Positions 1 through 13,284 are shown, counted from the first letter of the stretch. The stretch is DNA of 64,000 nt from an uncultured delta proteobacterium (GCA_963794325.1 CAWCDG010000009.1:1-64000); one strand, 5' to 3'. The notes: generated by a model from the letters alone, not told the origin. Translations and numbers: made by a program.

Positions 1-31
1 TGTATCGCCGCGCGAATCTGGCCTGAGCTGA

Positions 32-1560
32 GTGACAGGCGCGGTGCTTCCGAAGTTTGCCGATACTGTCGTTATCGGTGGCGGCACTGCTGGGGCGGCG
101 ATCGCGGGGCTGCTCGCATCGCATTCCGCGCCGTCGGTGCTGCTGCTGGAGGCGGGTCCGGATTACGGTCCGTTCGCCGCGGGCCGATGGCCGGCTGATC
201 TTATCGACGCGGGCACAATTCCGGCCACTCACGATTGGGGCTACCACAGCGGCAAGCAGTACGCGCCGCGGGTCATCAGTTACGGGCGTGCTCGTGTGAT
301 CGGCGGATGCTCGTCGCATAACGGATGCGCGGCCATTTGGGGCAGCCGTATCGACTACGACGGATGGGCGGCACTCAACAATCCGGGATGGTCGGCGGAC
401 GAACTTATGCCGCTGTTCAAGGCCGGCTCCGAGCGTTTGCGGGTTCGAATTCCGGAACCAACTGAGATCACTCCTTACCAGCGCGCAGCCTTGGACGCCG
501 CGGCCGAAGCGGGAATCCCGCGCGTCGCCGACCTGAACAATCTTGATGAGAATCTCGGGATGGCGCCGAGTCCGGCGAATATCGTCAACGGCGTCCGGTG
601 GAATACCGCGTTCGCCTATCTGGATCCGGTTCGCGAGCGATCAAACCTGACCATTGTCGGCGACTCGCCGTGCGACCGCCTGGAAATCAGGGCAGGGCGA
701 GTGACCGCAGTAATCGTCGCCGGACGCGACGGGCCGGTTCGCGTCGAGGCAGGACGAGTGATCGTCGCGGCAGGAACCTACGGATCGCCCGCGATTCTTC
801 TACGATCGGGAATCGGCGATCCTGCTGAGCTTCGCACGGCAGGAATCGCGCCGATGCTCGACCTGCCCGGAGTCGGCCGCAATCTGCATGATCATCCGCG
901 GGTCACGCTGAGCTATGCGGGGACGCGCGATCTCGAAGAGATGATGACCGCGTTTGCGCGCGATCACTGGATGCCCGAGGAGCAGACGATCGCCAAGGCG
1001 CAATCCTCGCGATGTACGCAGGCGTTCGACTTGCACATCTATCCGACCGGGGGACCTGACCGCGCGACTGGAGGCGGATGGCAATGGGTGCTGGAAGTCG
1101 CGTGCCTGACGCCGCGCTCTCGCGGCGCGCTCAAGATCAGAAGCGCCGACAGCAAGGCGGCGCCGCTCATCGACCATCGCTACTTGTCCGATCCCGACGA
1201 CGAAGATTTGCGCGTACTGGCCGACGGAGTTGAATTAGCTCGCGAGATAGCTGCGCGACCGGTGCTGGCGCGTCTCGCGGGCCTGGAGATTTACCGAGTA
1301 GCAGAATCGCGACCCGAATTCAGATCGAGGGATTCGTCAGGACGAATTGCTTGCACTACTACCATCCGGTGGGGACGTGCCGCATGGGCCCGGCGAGCGA
1401 CAGGTCCGCGGTGGTCGATTCGCGGGGTAGAATCCACGGGATCGACAACGCTTACGTCGCTGACGCTTCGATCATGCCGGTGATCCCGCGCGCCAACACT
1501 AACATTCCGGCGCTGGTGGTTGGCGAACGAGTCGCGCGCGGCCTGCTGGAACCAGTCTAG
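32..1560 (+). CDS. GMC family FAD oxidoreductase (choline dehydrogenase-like), frameshifted near 1293
   Basis: GGGTAG FAD motif, GRARVIGGCSSHNG, LLRSGIG, GVGRNLHDH; the C-terminal HPVGTCRMG...DASIMP...NTN lies in another frame (ORF 1351..1560). Confidence 0.9.
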
Positions 1561-1585
1561 TACGGGGCGATCGCCGGCTAGTCGT

Positions 1586-1780
1586 TCAATTGAGACGGGT
1601 GGTCGCTACCGCTTCGTCCACAGATCGCGCCGCCTTCACCGTATCGAGCAGATATTCGACCGCGCCTTGCAGCTCCTCGAGTGACGCGGAGCCGTCGGGA
1701 GCGACCAGCGATTGGACACCGTCGTAGGCCTCTGCGACTGATTCGGGAATCTGCGATGCCAAGATACGTCTCATACTCAT
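1586..1780 (-). CDS. small hypothetical protein
   Basis: ORF with GGAG upstream of ATG 1780; no recognisable motif. Confidence 0.45.
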   Translation of the reverse strand: MSMRRILASQIPESVAEAYDGVQSLVAPDGSASLEELQGAVEYLLDTVKAARSVDEAVATTRLN

Positions 1781-2004
1781 AATGACGTTCTCCAAAGGTG
1801 GACTGATGGGTTGGACGAAGCTCGCCACCAAAATATTTAATAAGCAATCTTCACGCCATCAAGCGGATCGCGCGAAGTTCTCATCCGCGCCAACGAAAAG
1901 TCGGCGTAGTTGCGGAGAGTATGTGGATAAGGTCGGACGAATTTCCGGCAATGTGCCACGGAAAAGGCAGCAGAAAAAAGACTGATGTGCGCGGGTCGAT
2001 AACG

Positions 2005-2808
2005 CTATGCCGCTCGGCGAGACCGGCCCCTCGTGGCGGCTTCCTGAACGCGACGATCCACCGTCGGCGCGGTTGGTTCGACAACGCTGCGCGCGATGCC
2101 GGCGATCGCTCCGCCCCTCAACAAGATATAGAGGCGCCCGCGCCGCGCGATTTCACCTTGCTTGATCAAGTCCTGCATCAGGCGACTCACCATCGGCCGC
2201 GAGCAGCCAACCATTTCGGCAAGGTCGCCATGCGCCGGCTCGAATGTAAGCGCGATGCCGTCGTCGTCCGGCGCGCCGAATTTTCTGCCGAGCTGCGCCA
2301 GCACCAATTCGAGCCGCTCGCGAAACGACATCCCCATCAGCGACGCGTAGTAGTGAACCCATCCCGACCATGCCGAGTTCATCCGCTCTGAAACGTCGAG
2401 CAAGGTCGCGGAATCGAGCGAGGTCAGCAGCTCGCGGACGCGCTGGCGGGTAATCATCGCGACCACGCATTTGCTGATGGCCTGCGCCTCGAAGCGGCGA
2501 ATCCACTGTCCCTTTTCATTGATCTGGTCCGCGCAGCCGATCACGTCGCCCGCCGTCGCCAGCCGAACCATGATCCGGTTTCCACGCGAGGTCGGGCAGC
2601 TTTCCTTAACCAGTCCCTTGACGATCCAGAAAATAATATCGGCGGGCGCGCCCTGCCAGAAAATCATCGCGCCCGGCGCGTAGGCAAGGTCGCTGTGATA
2701 CTCCAAAATCTCGCGGACAGTTTCGGGCGGGACCTTCCACGCCAGGAGCTGCACCTCGAACTGATTTCCTCCTGCGGGCGGCGTCGGAATATTCATTTGA
2801 TAACCCAC
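2005..2808 (-). CDS. Crp/Fnr family transcriptional regulator
   Basis: cNMP-type domain (IFWQGAPAD...IVKGLVK) and C-terminal HTH (HGDLAEMVGCSRPMVSR). Confidence 0.88.
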   Translation of the reverse strand: MGYQMNIPTPPAGGNQFEVQLLAWKVPPETVREILEYHSDLAYAPGAMIFWQGAPADIIFWIVKGLVKESCPTSRGNRIMVRLATAGDVIGCADQINEKGQWIRRFEAQAISKCVVAMITRQRVRELLTSLDSATLLDVSERMNSAWSGWVHYYASLMGMSFRERLELVLAQLGRKFGAPDDDGIALTFEPAHGDLAEMVGCSRPMVSRLMQDLIKQGEIARRGRLYILLRGGAIAGIARSVVEPTAPTVDRRVQEAATRGRSRRAA

Positions 2809-3185
2809 TCCAATCCGATTTCACGCGTAAAATTGCGATGCGAGCTGCGGCAGGCAGTCGCCTCGAAGTTCAAACTGATGACCGTCTGATTTGGCAAACT
2901 CCCCAAATTCAAAACGAGATTTTTAGATTTTTTCCGGCCGAGCCCGGACGTGAATGGTTCTATAGGCCAACTTTCATCGTATATGCAAGAGCAAGTTTTA
3001 AGTGACTTTTTGGGGTGACGATAAACTACGTCACGCGCAGTCGTCGCGCTGCCGACTATCGATGCCGGTCCGATTTTGGCAGGCGCATGTGAGCTTGACC
3101 CTTCGATCGCTCCAGCCGCGGGATAAGTCCGGTAGTGAACGCCACTAGACAGAACGACCTATCAGGTCAGGGACGATCTGCGAGA

Positions 3186-4046
3186 CTATCGGGCCCAGCG
3201 ATGCTGGCGCTGAAGAGGAATACGACGCGGGCCGGTCGTCGCGAGCTGAAAGCTTGTCGCCGGTGCGTGACCATTCGAGCTGTGAGAAGAAGCTCCGCTA
3301 ACCGCGGCTTCAATCGCTCCGCCGTGCAGCAAGACGTATTTCCGATCGCGCCGCTCGATTTCTCCATCCTCGGTCAGCTCTGTCATTACCCGCCCGACCA
3401 CCGGCCGCGAGCTTCCGATCATTTCCGCCAGATCGGAATGCGTGGGCTCGAACGTGAGCAAAATTCCGTCGCCGTCGGGGATGCCAAACTTGCGGCCCAG
3501 TTCCGCCATCACCATTTCGATACGCTCGCGATATGACAGGCCGAGGAAGGTCGCGTAGTACTGAATCCATTCGGTGGCCGCCGAATTCATCCGCTCCGAC
3601 AGCATCAGCAGTTCGTCCGGGGTCATCTGTCTCAGCAGATTGCGCACGTGGTCGCGGGTGACGACCGCGAGCACACACGGGCCCGCCGCCCACGCCTCGA
3701 AGCGTCGAACCCATTGACCCTTGTCGTCGAGCTTGTCGGCCAGACCCAGAACGTCGCCCGCGGTTGCCAGCCTCACCAGTGTTTGGGTGCCTTTCGGATT
3801 AGGGCAGATTTCGCGCACCACGCCTTTGACGATCCACATCACGATATCGGCCGGAGAACCCTGGCTGAAAATCAGCTTGCCCGCCGAGTAGTTGAGCTCG
3901 GTGTGGTGCTGGGTCAATTCGCGCGCGGTCTCCTCGGGAATCCCCCACGAGAAGAGGCCGGCCTCGAACACGTTGGCCCGGTTGAGCACCGAGAACCCAT
4001 TCATCTTCGATTCCGGCAAGGTTGCCTCCGCTGTTTTCGTTTTCAT
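3186..4046 (-). CDS. Crp/Fnr family transcriptional regulator (paralog of 2005..2808)
   Basis: IFSQGSPAD...VKGVVR, HTH HSDLAEMIGSSRPVVGR; shares VRLATAGDV and KGQW.RRFEA with its neighbour. Confidence 0.88.
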   Translation of the reverse strand: MKTKTAEATLPESKMNGFSVLNRANVFEAGLFSWGIPEETARELTQHHTELNYSAGKLIFSQGSPADIVMWIVKGVVREICPNPKGTQTLVRLATAGDVLGLADKLDDKGQWVRRFEAWAAGPCVLAVVTRDHVRNLLRQMTPDELLMLSERMNSAATEWIQYYATFLGLSYRERIEMVMAELGRKFGIPDGDGILLTFEPTHSDLAEMIGSSRPVVGRVMTELTEDGEIERRDRKYVLLHGGAIEAAVSGASSHSSNGHAPATSFQLATTGPRRIPLQRQHRWAR

Positions 4047-5907
4047 CGAGTTCGTCCGCGTTGAGTGTTAGAAAATAAGGCAGCCCGGGGTCCCCCGCTC
4101 AAGTGGCCGGTACCTCGTCCCCCGACAGCGCTCAGCCAATTCCGCGGCCGGCCGCCTGAGGGAACATCAGCAAAGGGCATGCCCAAATGAGCGCGATCGT
4201 TCGATTGGATCACAGAAACGGCGCAACCTCGCGTTACTTGGGCGAAATCTTGCTCAGTCGATAGAGGGGCGGGATTCATTTCGCAGGATTGGCGGCCATT
4301 TACATGGAGATTGCCGCGAGTCTTGGGTCAAAATTCCCAATCGTTCGGAGTCATTGTTCCGCAATTCCTGTCTTTCGCGATGCGGCCGGCTTTAGGCGGA
4401 ACGCAGCGGAATGGCATATAACTGGCGGGGGATTTGTTTCGTGCCGCGCATTGGAAGGGAGCACAACTCGTGAAAATCGGCACCCGGCTTACAGTAGTTC
4501 TGATGCTGTGCGTGATGCCGATACTGGCCGCGTACACGTACTGGAGCGTCGAGCACTCCAACGCTTACGTAAACCTGTTGAGGCAATCGGCGCGCGCCTT
4601 CGGCTCCGGCCTGGCCCCTGCGGTCAGCGATGAAGTCGCCGCGCAAGAGTGGAACAAAATCGACGAGGCCTTCCGCGAGATGGATGCCGCTGGAACGCAG
4701 AGCGCGCTGCTTCGAAAAGACGGCACCCTTTGGCACTCGAACCCGGACTTCCCCGCTGAACTTGTCGAAATGGCCCGAGCGCAACTCGCTCAAGCCAAGG
4801 CCGCTGAATTCGAGCCCAGCGCGGACGCGAGGAACTGGTTCTGCGAATTGGTCCCGCTCAAGGGTAGCGACGGCGAGGTCATTGGCTATCTGCTCGAAGT
4901 CCAGGACTGGACCAAGGTAGCGCGCGACAACCGCGCGAACTTTATCGCGACGTTGCTGGTTGCGATTCTCCTGCTGGGTGTGGTCGCCACGGTCATACCG
5001 CTTTCGGTGAATCGCTACGTCTCGCGGCCGCTGGCCGATCTATCGGCCAAGGTCACGAAGTTTTCGGTGGCCGATTCCGATCTCGCCGCAGGCAGCGAAG
5101 TGGAGTTGCTCACCGAGGAATTCCGCAAGCTCGATCAGCAACTCGACCGGGCGCGCACCGATCTCCAGGATCGGCATCGGCGCGAATTGGAACTCGAGCG
5201 TGAGCTGCTGCGCGCGGATCGGCTGGCTACCATCGGCACCCTGGCCGCCGGCCTGGCGCACGAGATCGGCACGCCGATGGGCGTCATACGAGCGCGCGCG
5301 GAGTCGCTGCAAGAGGACGCGACTATTTCGGCCGACTCGCGCGTAAAACTCGGCATCATCGTCCGTCAGATAGATCGGATCGCGCGGATCGTCCGGATGC
5401 TCCTCGATTACGCGCGCAAGAGCGAATCGCACAAGGCGACTTGCGACCTGCGAACCATTGCCGAACGCGCACTGACGCTCCTGGAGCCGGAAGCCGCGCT
5501 GCGCAGCGTTAGAACGATCGCGCGACTCGGCGACAGTCCGCTGATGGTCAATTGCGACGCCGATCAGTTCGAGCAGGTCTTCGTCAACATGATCATGAAC
5601 GCGTTCGACGCGATGAATCGCGGCGGCGGAACGCTGCGCGTGACCGCCGACACGGAACACAACAGCGGCGGCTCACGCGTGATGCTCGCGTTCGAGGATA
5701 CCGGCGTGGGCGTCGCTCCCGAAGACGAGGATCGCCTCTTCGCGCCGTTCTTCACCACCAAGGAACCGGGCAAGGGCACCGGCATGGGTCTCGCCGTGAG
5801 CCAGTCTATAGCTCGTGAGCACGGCGGCGAGATAACCTTCAGCTCGAACCAGTCGGGGTCGCGATTCGTCGTCGCGATTCCGATGGCATCAAGCGAGATG
5901 GTCGAAG

Positions 5908-7293
<1,386 letters not shown>

Positions 7294-7300
7294 CGTTCGC

Positions 7301-8506
7301 TTAGTGAACGCGGGTCGAGCGGAGCTTCTTTGCGAGGTTGCCGCGGCGCGTCACCTTGATTTTTTCGAGGCCCAGCCACGAGGCCATCGTGGACAGCTCG
7401 CGCATCAGCGGCTCGGTCACTGTGCTTGGTCGGACGCCGGGTTCGGTATGCGCTCCCTGGACGAGGAGCGTTCCAGTCGCACGGTCGGATTTCAAATCGA
7501 CGCGCGCGACCAGGCGGTCGCCGAGTAGGAACGGCAGCACGTAGTATCCAAATGTTCGGTCCGCCAACGGAGTGTAAATCTCGATTCGGTAGCGGAAGCC
7601 GAAGATTCTTTCGGTTCGCGCGCGTTCCCATATCAGCGAGTCGAAGGGAGAGAGCAGGGCGCGCGCATCCAGTTTGCGCGGTGACTTCGCGTCGCGCGCG
7701 AGGTAGGCCGGGTCCGGCCATCCTTCGACGGTGACCGGGATCAACTCTCCCGCCTCAACCAGTTCCCTGATGCGCGGTCTTCCGGCACCGATGCGTATGC
7801 GAAAGTAATCGCAAAGATCCTTTTCAGTACCGACACCAAGTGCGCGCGCCGCGATTCGCATCAGCGCGCGTTGCGCGTCTTCGATCGCAGGTGTCGGCAT
7901 CGCGAGGATGCGCGCCGGGATAACCCGCTCCGGGAGATCGTACAGCCGCTCGAAGCCGCGACGCCCCGCGGCCGCGACTTTTCCCGCGGCGAACAGCGCT
8001 TCGAGTGCGCGCTTGCCGTCGCTCCATCCCCACCATCCGCCCTTGCTCGCGCCCGCGCCGGTGATCTCGCGAGCGCTGAGCGCGCCGCGATCGCGAATCT
8101 CGTCGAGCGCCGCCTGTGTGAAGCCGGGACGGCTCCGATCGAGACGCCCAAAGACGTCCCGATGATCGCTAGCTGCCACTGCCATCCGCCAACGCAGCAG
8201 CGGATGCATTTCGTACGGCATCAGCGACGCCATGTGACCCCAATATTCGAACAACTCGCGATTGGCCGGGGCGCCAAGCCATGACGAGTCGAGCAGTTCC
8301 GAAGCGTAAGCGCCGAGGCGCGAAAAGAGCGGCATGTAATGCGAGCGCACCAGCACGTTGACCGAGTCAATCTGCAGCAACCCGATCTGCGCGATGACGC
8401 GTCGCAAGTGCCGCCGGTCGAGCCGCGCCGACGGCCGCGGCTCCGCAAACCCCTGCGCCGCGAGCGCAATCCGTCGCGCTTCGTCCGCCGAGATTTTAGT
8501 TCTCAC
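7301..8506 (-). CDS. YcaQ/AlkZ-family winged-helix crosslink-repair DNA glycosylase
   Basis: LQIDSVNVLVRSH (QxD motif), LFEYWGH, LLSPFDSLIWER, FGYYVLPFL. Confidence 0.85.
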   Translation of the reverse strand: MRTKISADEARRIALAAQGFAEPRPSARLDRRHLRRVIAQIGLLQIDSVNVLVRSHYMPLFSRLGAYASELLDSSWLGAPANRELFEYWGHMASLMPYEMHPLLRWRMAVAASDHRDVFGRLDRSRPGFTQAALDEIRDRGALSAREITGAGASKGGWWGWSDGKRALEALFAAGKVAAAGRRGFERLYDLPERVIPARILAMPTPAIEDAQRALMRIAARALGVGTEKDLCDYFRIRIGAGRPRIRELVEAGELIPVTVEGWPDPAYLARDAKSPRKLDARALLSPFDSLIWERARTERIFGFRYRIEIYTPLADRTFGYYVLPFLLGDRLVARVDLKSDRATGTLLVQGAHTEPGVRPSTVTEPLMRELSTMASWLGLEKIKVTRRGNLAKKLRSTRVH

Positions 8507-8637
8507 GTTCTAACTGCCACCCAGCCCTCGGTTGCGCGACCGCGGATTTTCGCACGGACGTTGCCGATCCTCCACTGGTGCCTGCCGCCGGACGAAACTA
8601 TATTCGGACTCGACCGCCGATAAACAAGGAGAGCTAT

Positions 8638-9183
8638 ATGGGCAATCCTGACCTCATCGCACTTTGGGAAGCGCACTGCCGCTACGAGTTTGAGACCCGC
8701 GATGTCGACGCCACTATGGCCACTATGGTGGCGGAGCCCTACGTCAACCACATCCCCACGATGACGGGGGGCGTTGGGCACGACCATCTCAAGCGCTTCT
8801 ACAAGTATCATTTCATCGGCGTGAATCCGCCCGATTTTCGGCTCACGCCGATTAGCCGCACGGTCGGCACAAGCTGCATCGTTGATGAGTTTATTATGCA
8901 GTTCACACATACCAGGGAGATGGACTGGATGCTGCCGGGTGTGCCGCCGACGGGCAGGACGGTCGAGGTTCCAACTGTGGCCATCGTTCAGTTCGAAGGC
9001 GACAAGCTGGTTCACGAGCATATCTACTGGGACCAGGCGTCGGTCCTCGTGCAGGTCGGCTTGCTCGATCCCGCTGGCTTGCCGGTCGCAGGGGTGGAAA
9101 CTGCGCGGAAGGTCGCCGATAAATGCCGACCAAGCAACGAACTCATGACCCGGTGGGCCGAGAGCAACGGCAAACCGCTATAG
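8638..9183 (+). CDS. SnoaL-like/ester cyclase family protein
   Basis: EPYVNHIPTMTGG, EHIYWDQASVLVQ; AGGAG RBS. Confidence 0.8.
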   Translation: MGNPDLIALWEAHCRYEFETRDVDATMATMVAEPYVNHIPTMTGGVGHDHLKRFYKYHFIGVNPPDFRLTPISRTVGTSCIVDEFIMQFTHTREMDWMLPGVPPTGRTVEVPTVAIVQFEGDKLVHEHIYWDQASVLVQVGLLDPAGLPVAGVETARKVADKCRPSNELMTRWAESNGKPL

Positions 9184-9253
9184 CGACGGGCTGGCCGAAG
9201 TTCTCAGCGCATTTGTAGCCAATGCGACCCGAAAAGATTAATTCTAACTTCCG

Positions 9254-11033
9254 ATGACCTCTACGAATTCTGACAAGCACGCAAGTGACAATACCGCGGC
9301 GGGATTAGTTGCGCCGGATTGTCGCGGGATGAACTTCTACCGCATCGACCGCGGCTTGCGCGACCTGCTCGATCTTCATATGGAGCCGCGGTTGCGCGCT
9401 GCGATGGAGCCGCATCTCGATCGCCTCGGCCAACTTGCTGGAGGCCGGCTCGACGAGCTCGCGGAAATTGCCGACAAGCATCCTCCGGTGCTTCATTCGC
9501 GCGATCGTTTCGGGCGCGACGAGGATTGGGTCGAGTTCCATCCGGCGTACCGCGAGATGGAGCGAATCGCGTTCGGCGAGTTCGGGCTTCATGCGATGGC
9601 GCATCGGCCCGGCGTGATCGGATGGCCCGAGCCGCTGCCCTACATCGCGAAGTACGCGTTCCAGTACCTGTTCGTGCAGGCCGAGTTTGGCCTGATGTGC
9701 CCCATAAGCGTGACCGATACCGGCGCGGTGCTGGTCGAAAATTACGGCAGCGATGAACTCAAGTCGCGCTACCTCGGCCGCATGCTCTCGCAGAACATGG
9801 ATGAGATTTTCAAGGGCGCGCAATACATGACCGAGCGCGCCGGCGGGTCCGATCTCGGCAACAGTGCGGTAGTTGCGAAGCGCGAGGGCGATTTCTGGCG
9901 GCTCTACGGCGACAAGTGGTTTTGCTCGGCGGTTGACGGCGACGTCGTGCTGCTGTTGGCGCGTCCCGACGGCGCGCCCGCCGGATCGAAAGGGCTTGGA
10001 CTTTTCCTGATGCCGCGGCGATTGGAAAACGGCGAGCGCAACAACTATCGAATCGCAAGGCTCAAGGACAAATTTGGCACGCGCTCGATGGCGAGCGGCG
10101 AAGTCGTGCTCGAAGGCGCTTTTGCGTACCAGCTCGGCGCGCTCGACCGCGGCCTGCGCCAGATGATGGACATGGTGAATCTCAGCCGCATGTCTCACGG
10201 CGCCCGCGCGGCCGGCATGATGCGCCGATGCCTCAACGAGTCGCTCGAGGTCGCGCGTCATCGCGCGGCGTTCGGGAAACCGATCATCGAGCATCCGCTG
10301 TTGCGCCGCCAGTTGATGAAGCTGATGGTGCCGACCGAGCAGGCGCTTTCAGTTTTCACTTACGATGCGACGATGATGGACCGGGCGCGCGCGGGCGATG
10401 CGGAAGCCGAGCGTGTGATGCGAGTCCTGACGGCGGTGCTGAAGTTCCGCGCGTGCCGCGACAATATCCGCGTCGCGACCGGCGCGATGGAGGTGCGCGG
10501 CGGCAACGGTTACATCGAGGATTGGGTGAACTCGCGGCTCATCCGCGATGCGCATATCGGCGTGTTGTGGGAAGGCACCAGCAATATCAACGCGCTCGAC
10601 GTGATCAATCGTGCAGTAGCGAAATCCGGCGGCCACGAGACGCTGTCGAAGGCTCTCAAAGCCAAGCTCAAGACGCAAGCGCGGCGCCTGCGGTAAATTC
10701 CGCGCCGAAATCGAAAAGCTGATCGATCGTGCGGTCGCCTTCGCCGGCGAAGTCGCCGCCAAGCCCAAACATGAACGATTGGCCCGCCTTGCGACCGACG
10801 CCCTCTACAATGTAGCGAGCGCAGCGCTGATGACGTGGGAAGGTGCGACCGCCGGCGCCAACGGCCACGACTCCCGCCGCATGATCCTCGCGCGCATGGT
10901 CGTCGAGCATCGCCTGCACGCGGAAGATCCAATGTCGATCCCAACCTCAAACTGGGAGGAGGACGCGACCACCGCGCTGCTCGACCCGGCCGCGGTGTCA
11001 GTCGAACGGGCCGCCCAGCTGGTGACGGCCTAG
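9254..11033 (+). CDS. acyl-CoA dehydrogenase (AidB-like), frameshifted near 10680
   Basis: MTERAGGSD, KWFCS, RLKDKFGTRSMASGE, GGNGYIED, LWEGTSN; continues in another frame (GKFRAEIEKLIDRA...) into ORF 10779..11033. Confidence 0.88.
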
Positions 11034-11833
11034 TTCCTTAGCCAGTTCACGATTCGCTGATGAATCCCGACTGGGTCGGCGGCCTGGAAGGCGTGGCCGG
11101 CGCCGGGAATCATGTACAACTCGGCCTGCGGGATTTTGCTTTTGATTAGGTGCGCGTTCTCGGGCAGCACCAGCACGTCCTTGTCGCCATGCACGATCAG
11201 CACCGGACACTTGATTTGCCCGAGCCTGTCGTATGCGTTGAACGTCTGGATTCCCGCCATCGCGCGGTCCGCGGTTTCCGGTGGCGTCGGCGGCATCATC
11301 TTCGCTCCCGCCACCATCATCTGTTTGATCTCAGGATGCGCGGCGACAAATTCCGGCGGCATGATCGCGGGCAGCAGGATGTCGAAACCTTTCTCGGGAT
11401 CGGTCGCCATGATTTTGTTCGCCGTCATCAGACGCTCGAGGATTTCCGGCGATGCCATCTTTGCGGTCGTGCCTCCGGCCATCGTGCATCCGAGCACGAC
11501 CTTGCCGACCTGTTCCGGATGCCGCAGGGTTAGCTCCTGCGCTATCATCCCGCCCATCGAGACGCCGAACACTTTTGCCTTCGCGATTCCGAGTGCTTTC
11601 AACAGGTTGCTCGCGTCATCGGCCATCGTCTCGACAGTGTAGATCCCTTCCGGCTTGTCGGTGAGTCCAGTTCCGCGATTGTCAAAGTAGATGCTCTTGA
11701 AGCCGCTGAAGAAGGGCAGCGACGGAATCCATCCCGCGCCCGACATCCCGAATCCCATTATCAGCAGCAGCGGTTCGCCGTCGCCGAAAGTGTCGTAGTT
11801 GATATTGATGTTGCCGGCTTTGATTAGTGGCAT
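11030..11833 (-). CDS. alpha/beta fold hydrolase
   Basis: DNRGTG, nucleophile elbow GVSMGG, HGDKD, GAGH. Confidence 0.9.
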   Translation of the reverse strand: MPLIKAGNININYDTFGDGEPLLLIMGFGMSGAGWIPSLPFFSGFKSIYFDNRGTGLTDKPEGIYTVETMADDASNLLKALGIAKAKVFGVSMGGMIAQELTLRHPEQVGKVVLGCTMAGGTTAKMASPEILERLMTANKIMATDPEKGFDILLPAIMPPEFVAAHPEIKQMMVAGAKMMPPTPPETADRAMAGIQTFNAYDRLGQIKCPVLIVHGDKDVLVLPENAHLIKSKIPQAELYMIPGAGHAFQAADPVGIHQRIVNWLRN

Positions 11834-11865
11834 CGCGAAAGGATCCTCCCGATTGAGAATTCAAA

Positions 11866-11903
11866 ATGAAAACGGACGCGGCTCCTCATCGGGCTGCGTC
11901 CGC
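11866..11903 (-). terminator. intrinsic terminator after Rieske gene
   Basis: minus-strand hairpin CGGACGCAGC...GCCGCGTCCG followed by TTTTCATTTT. Confidence 0.6.
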
Positions 11904-11927
11904 GGTTGCGCGCATTCTAAATCAGTG

Positions 11928-12539
11928 TCAGGCGAGCTTCAGGATGCTCTCGGGATGCTGTTCGTTGGGATCGACGCCGGGTTCCATCGTGTAGATGACA
12001 GACTTGTCGACCACCAATTGCCCGTCGTCGCCGACGTAGATTTTGAATCGATCCATCGGGCGCGGTGCCGGCCCCTCGAAGTTCATTCCGCTGATGTAGT
12101 AGCCGGAGCCGTGGCACGGGCATTTGAACTTCTGCTCCGTCTTGAGCCATCGCGGCGTGCATCCGAGATGCGTGCATTTGGCGAAGATCGCGTAGAAGCC
12201 CAACTTGGTGCGGATGATCCAGGTGCGGAAATCCTGCTTATACTTCTCGCTCACTTCGCCGACCACGTAGTCGTCGGGAAGGCCGGCTTTGAACTTCGAT
12301 GGCGGCAGGAAGAGCACGCGGGGGAACGCAGAGCGGACCGCAGCGAGCAAACCGATCAGCGAGAAAACTCCGAACCCGGACCATCCGAGGACGCCCAGAA
12401 AATCGCGACGGCTCCACAGAGTGCCGATCTCGGATTTTTCCTTGTCGCGTTTCGCGCGTTCTTTTGCCTGCTCGTCCTCGCGCCACTTCTTGAGTTGGGC
12501 CGGATCGGTCGGAGCTTTCTCTTTGAGTGCAACAGCCAT
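11928..12539 (-). CDS. Rieske 2Fe-2S subunit (cytochrome bc/b6f type)
   Basis: SRRDFL Tat-like motif plus TM helix, CTHLGC and CPCHGS boxes, GPAPRP. Confidence 0.92.
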   Translation of the reverse strand: MAVALKEKAPTDPAQLKKWREDEQAKERAKRDKEKSEIGTLWSRRDFLGVLGWSGFGVFSLIGLLAAVRSAFPRVLFLPPSKFKAGLPDDYVVGEVSEKYKQDFRTWIIRTKLGFYAIFAKCTHLGCTPRWLKTEQKFKCPCHGSGYYISGMNFEGPAPRPMDRFKIYVGDDGQLVVDKSVIYTMEPGVDPNEQHPESILKLA

Positions 12540-12720
12540 CTAAGTGACGCAACCTCCCACTTCGTGACAAGCGTGCATTAGCTCATCCACATCTAATTGG
12601 ACGTATATGATTAGCAAAAATTCTATTACCCAAAGATACGCAACATTCAAGGGCGAAGATAACCCCCGATTGCCCGGCAATATTGGGTTGATGGCGATGC
12701 TTCTCGACGAGGACCGAATT

Positions 12721-13194
12721 TCAGTGAAGCGCAGGCTGACTGCTCGACCCTGATTGCGCCGGTGGTGCAGGCTGACTGCTCGACCACGATGCCGCCGGTG
12801 GTGCGGCCTGCCTTATCACACTCGAATTGGTGGTGACGGGCGCTCGCGTCGGAGACCAGTCCTGCGGTGTCGTCGAAGTCGTCGTCTGGTCCATCGTGTT
12901 GTCGGGAATGATAGGCACCGGCGGCGGAGGGGCATTTCGATCTTCGCCGCCGATCGGCCGGAAAACCGGCGCCGCGGGACTGTCATTGGCGATCCAATGC
13001 ATCGGACGCGCGACCAGCCATTCGATGCCGTAGCCGATTGGATAGATGATGTCGGCGAAGAGCGCGAGCGGTTGCGAGTCCTCGTCGTGATATTCCTTGG
13101 GGTTCTGTTGATCGTTATCGTTGTACTGCGCGTGTGAAATTGTCGGCAGCCCAACGAACAGCGCGGCGCAGAAAATAATTGCAACTCGACGCAT
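12721..13194 (-). CDS. secreted hypothetical protein with P/S/T-rich tail
   Basis: signal peptide (ISHA-Q) and low-complexity C-terminus. Confidence 0.65.
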   Translation of the reverse strand: MRRVAIIFCAALFVGLPTISHAQYNDNDQQNPKEYHDEDSQPLALFADIIYPIGYGIEWLVARPMHWIANDSPAAPVFRPIGGEDRNAPPPPVPIIPDNTMDQTTTSTTPQDWSPTRAPVTTNSSVIRQAAPPAASWSSSQPAPPAQSGSSSQPALH

Positions 13195-13284
13195 GCGGAT
13201 AACTTTGCGTGATTGCGCACGGCGATGTCAACACGTCGCAATCGTTCTTGCGCTGCCACCCTTGCAGGCGCAATTCTAAGCGAG

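Noticed and set aside
4412-4426. Sigma-54 promoter TGGCATATAACTGGC upstream of the kinase
   Set aside because: GG-N10-GC spacing fits but the -12 box is TGGC rather than TTGC; too weak to call
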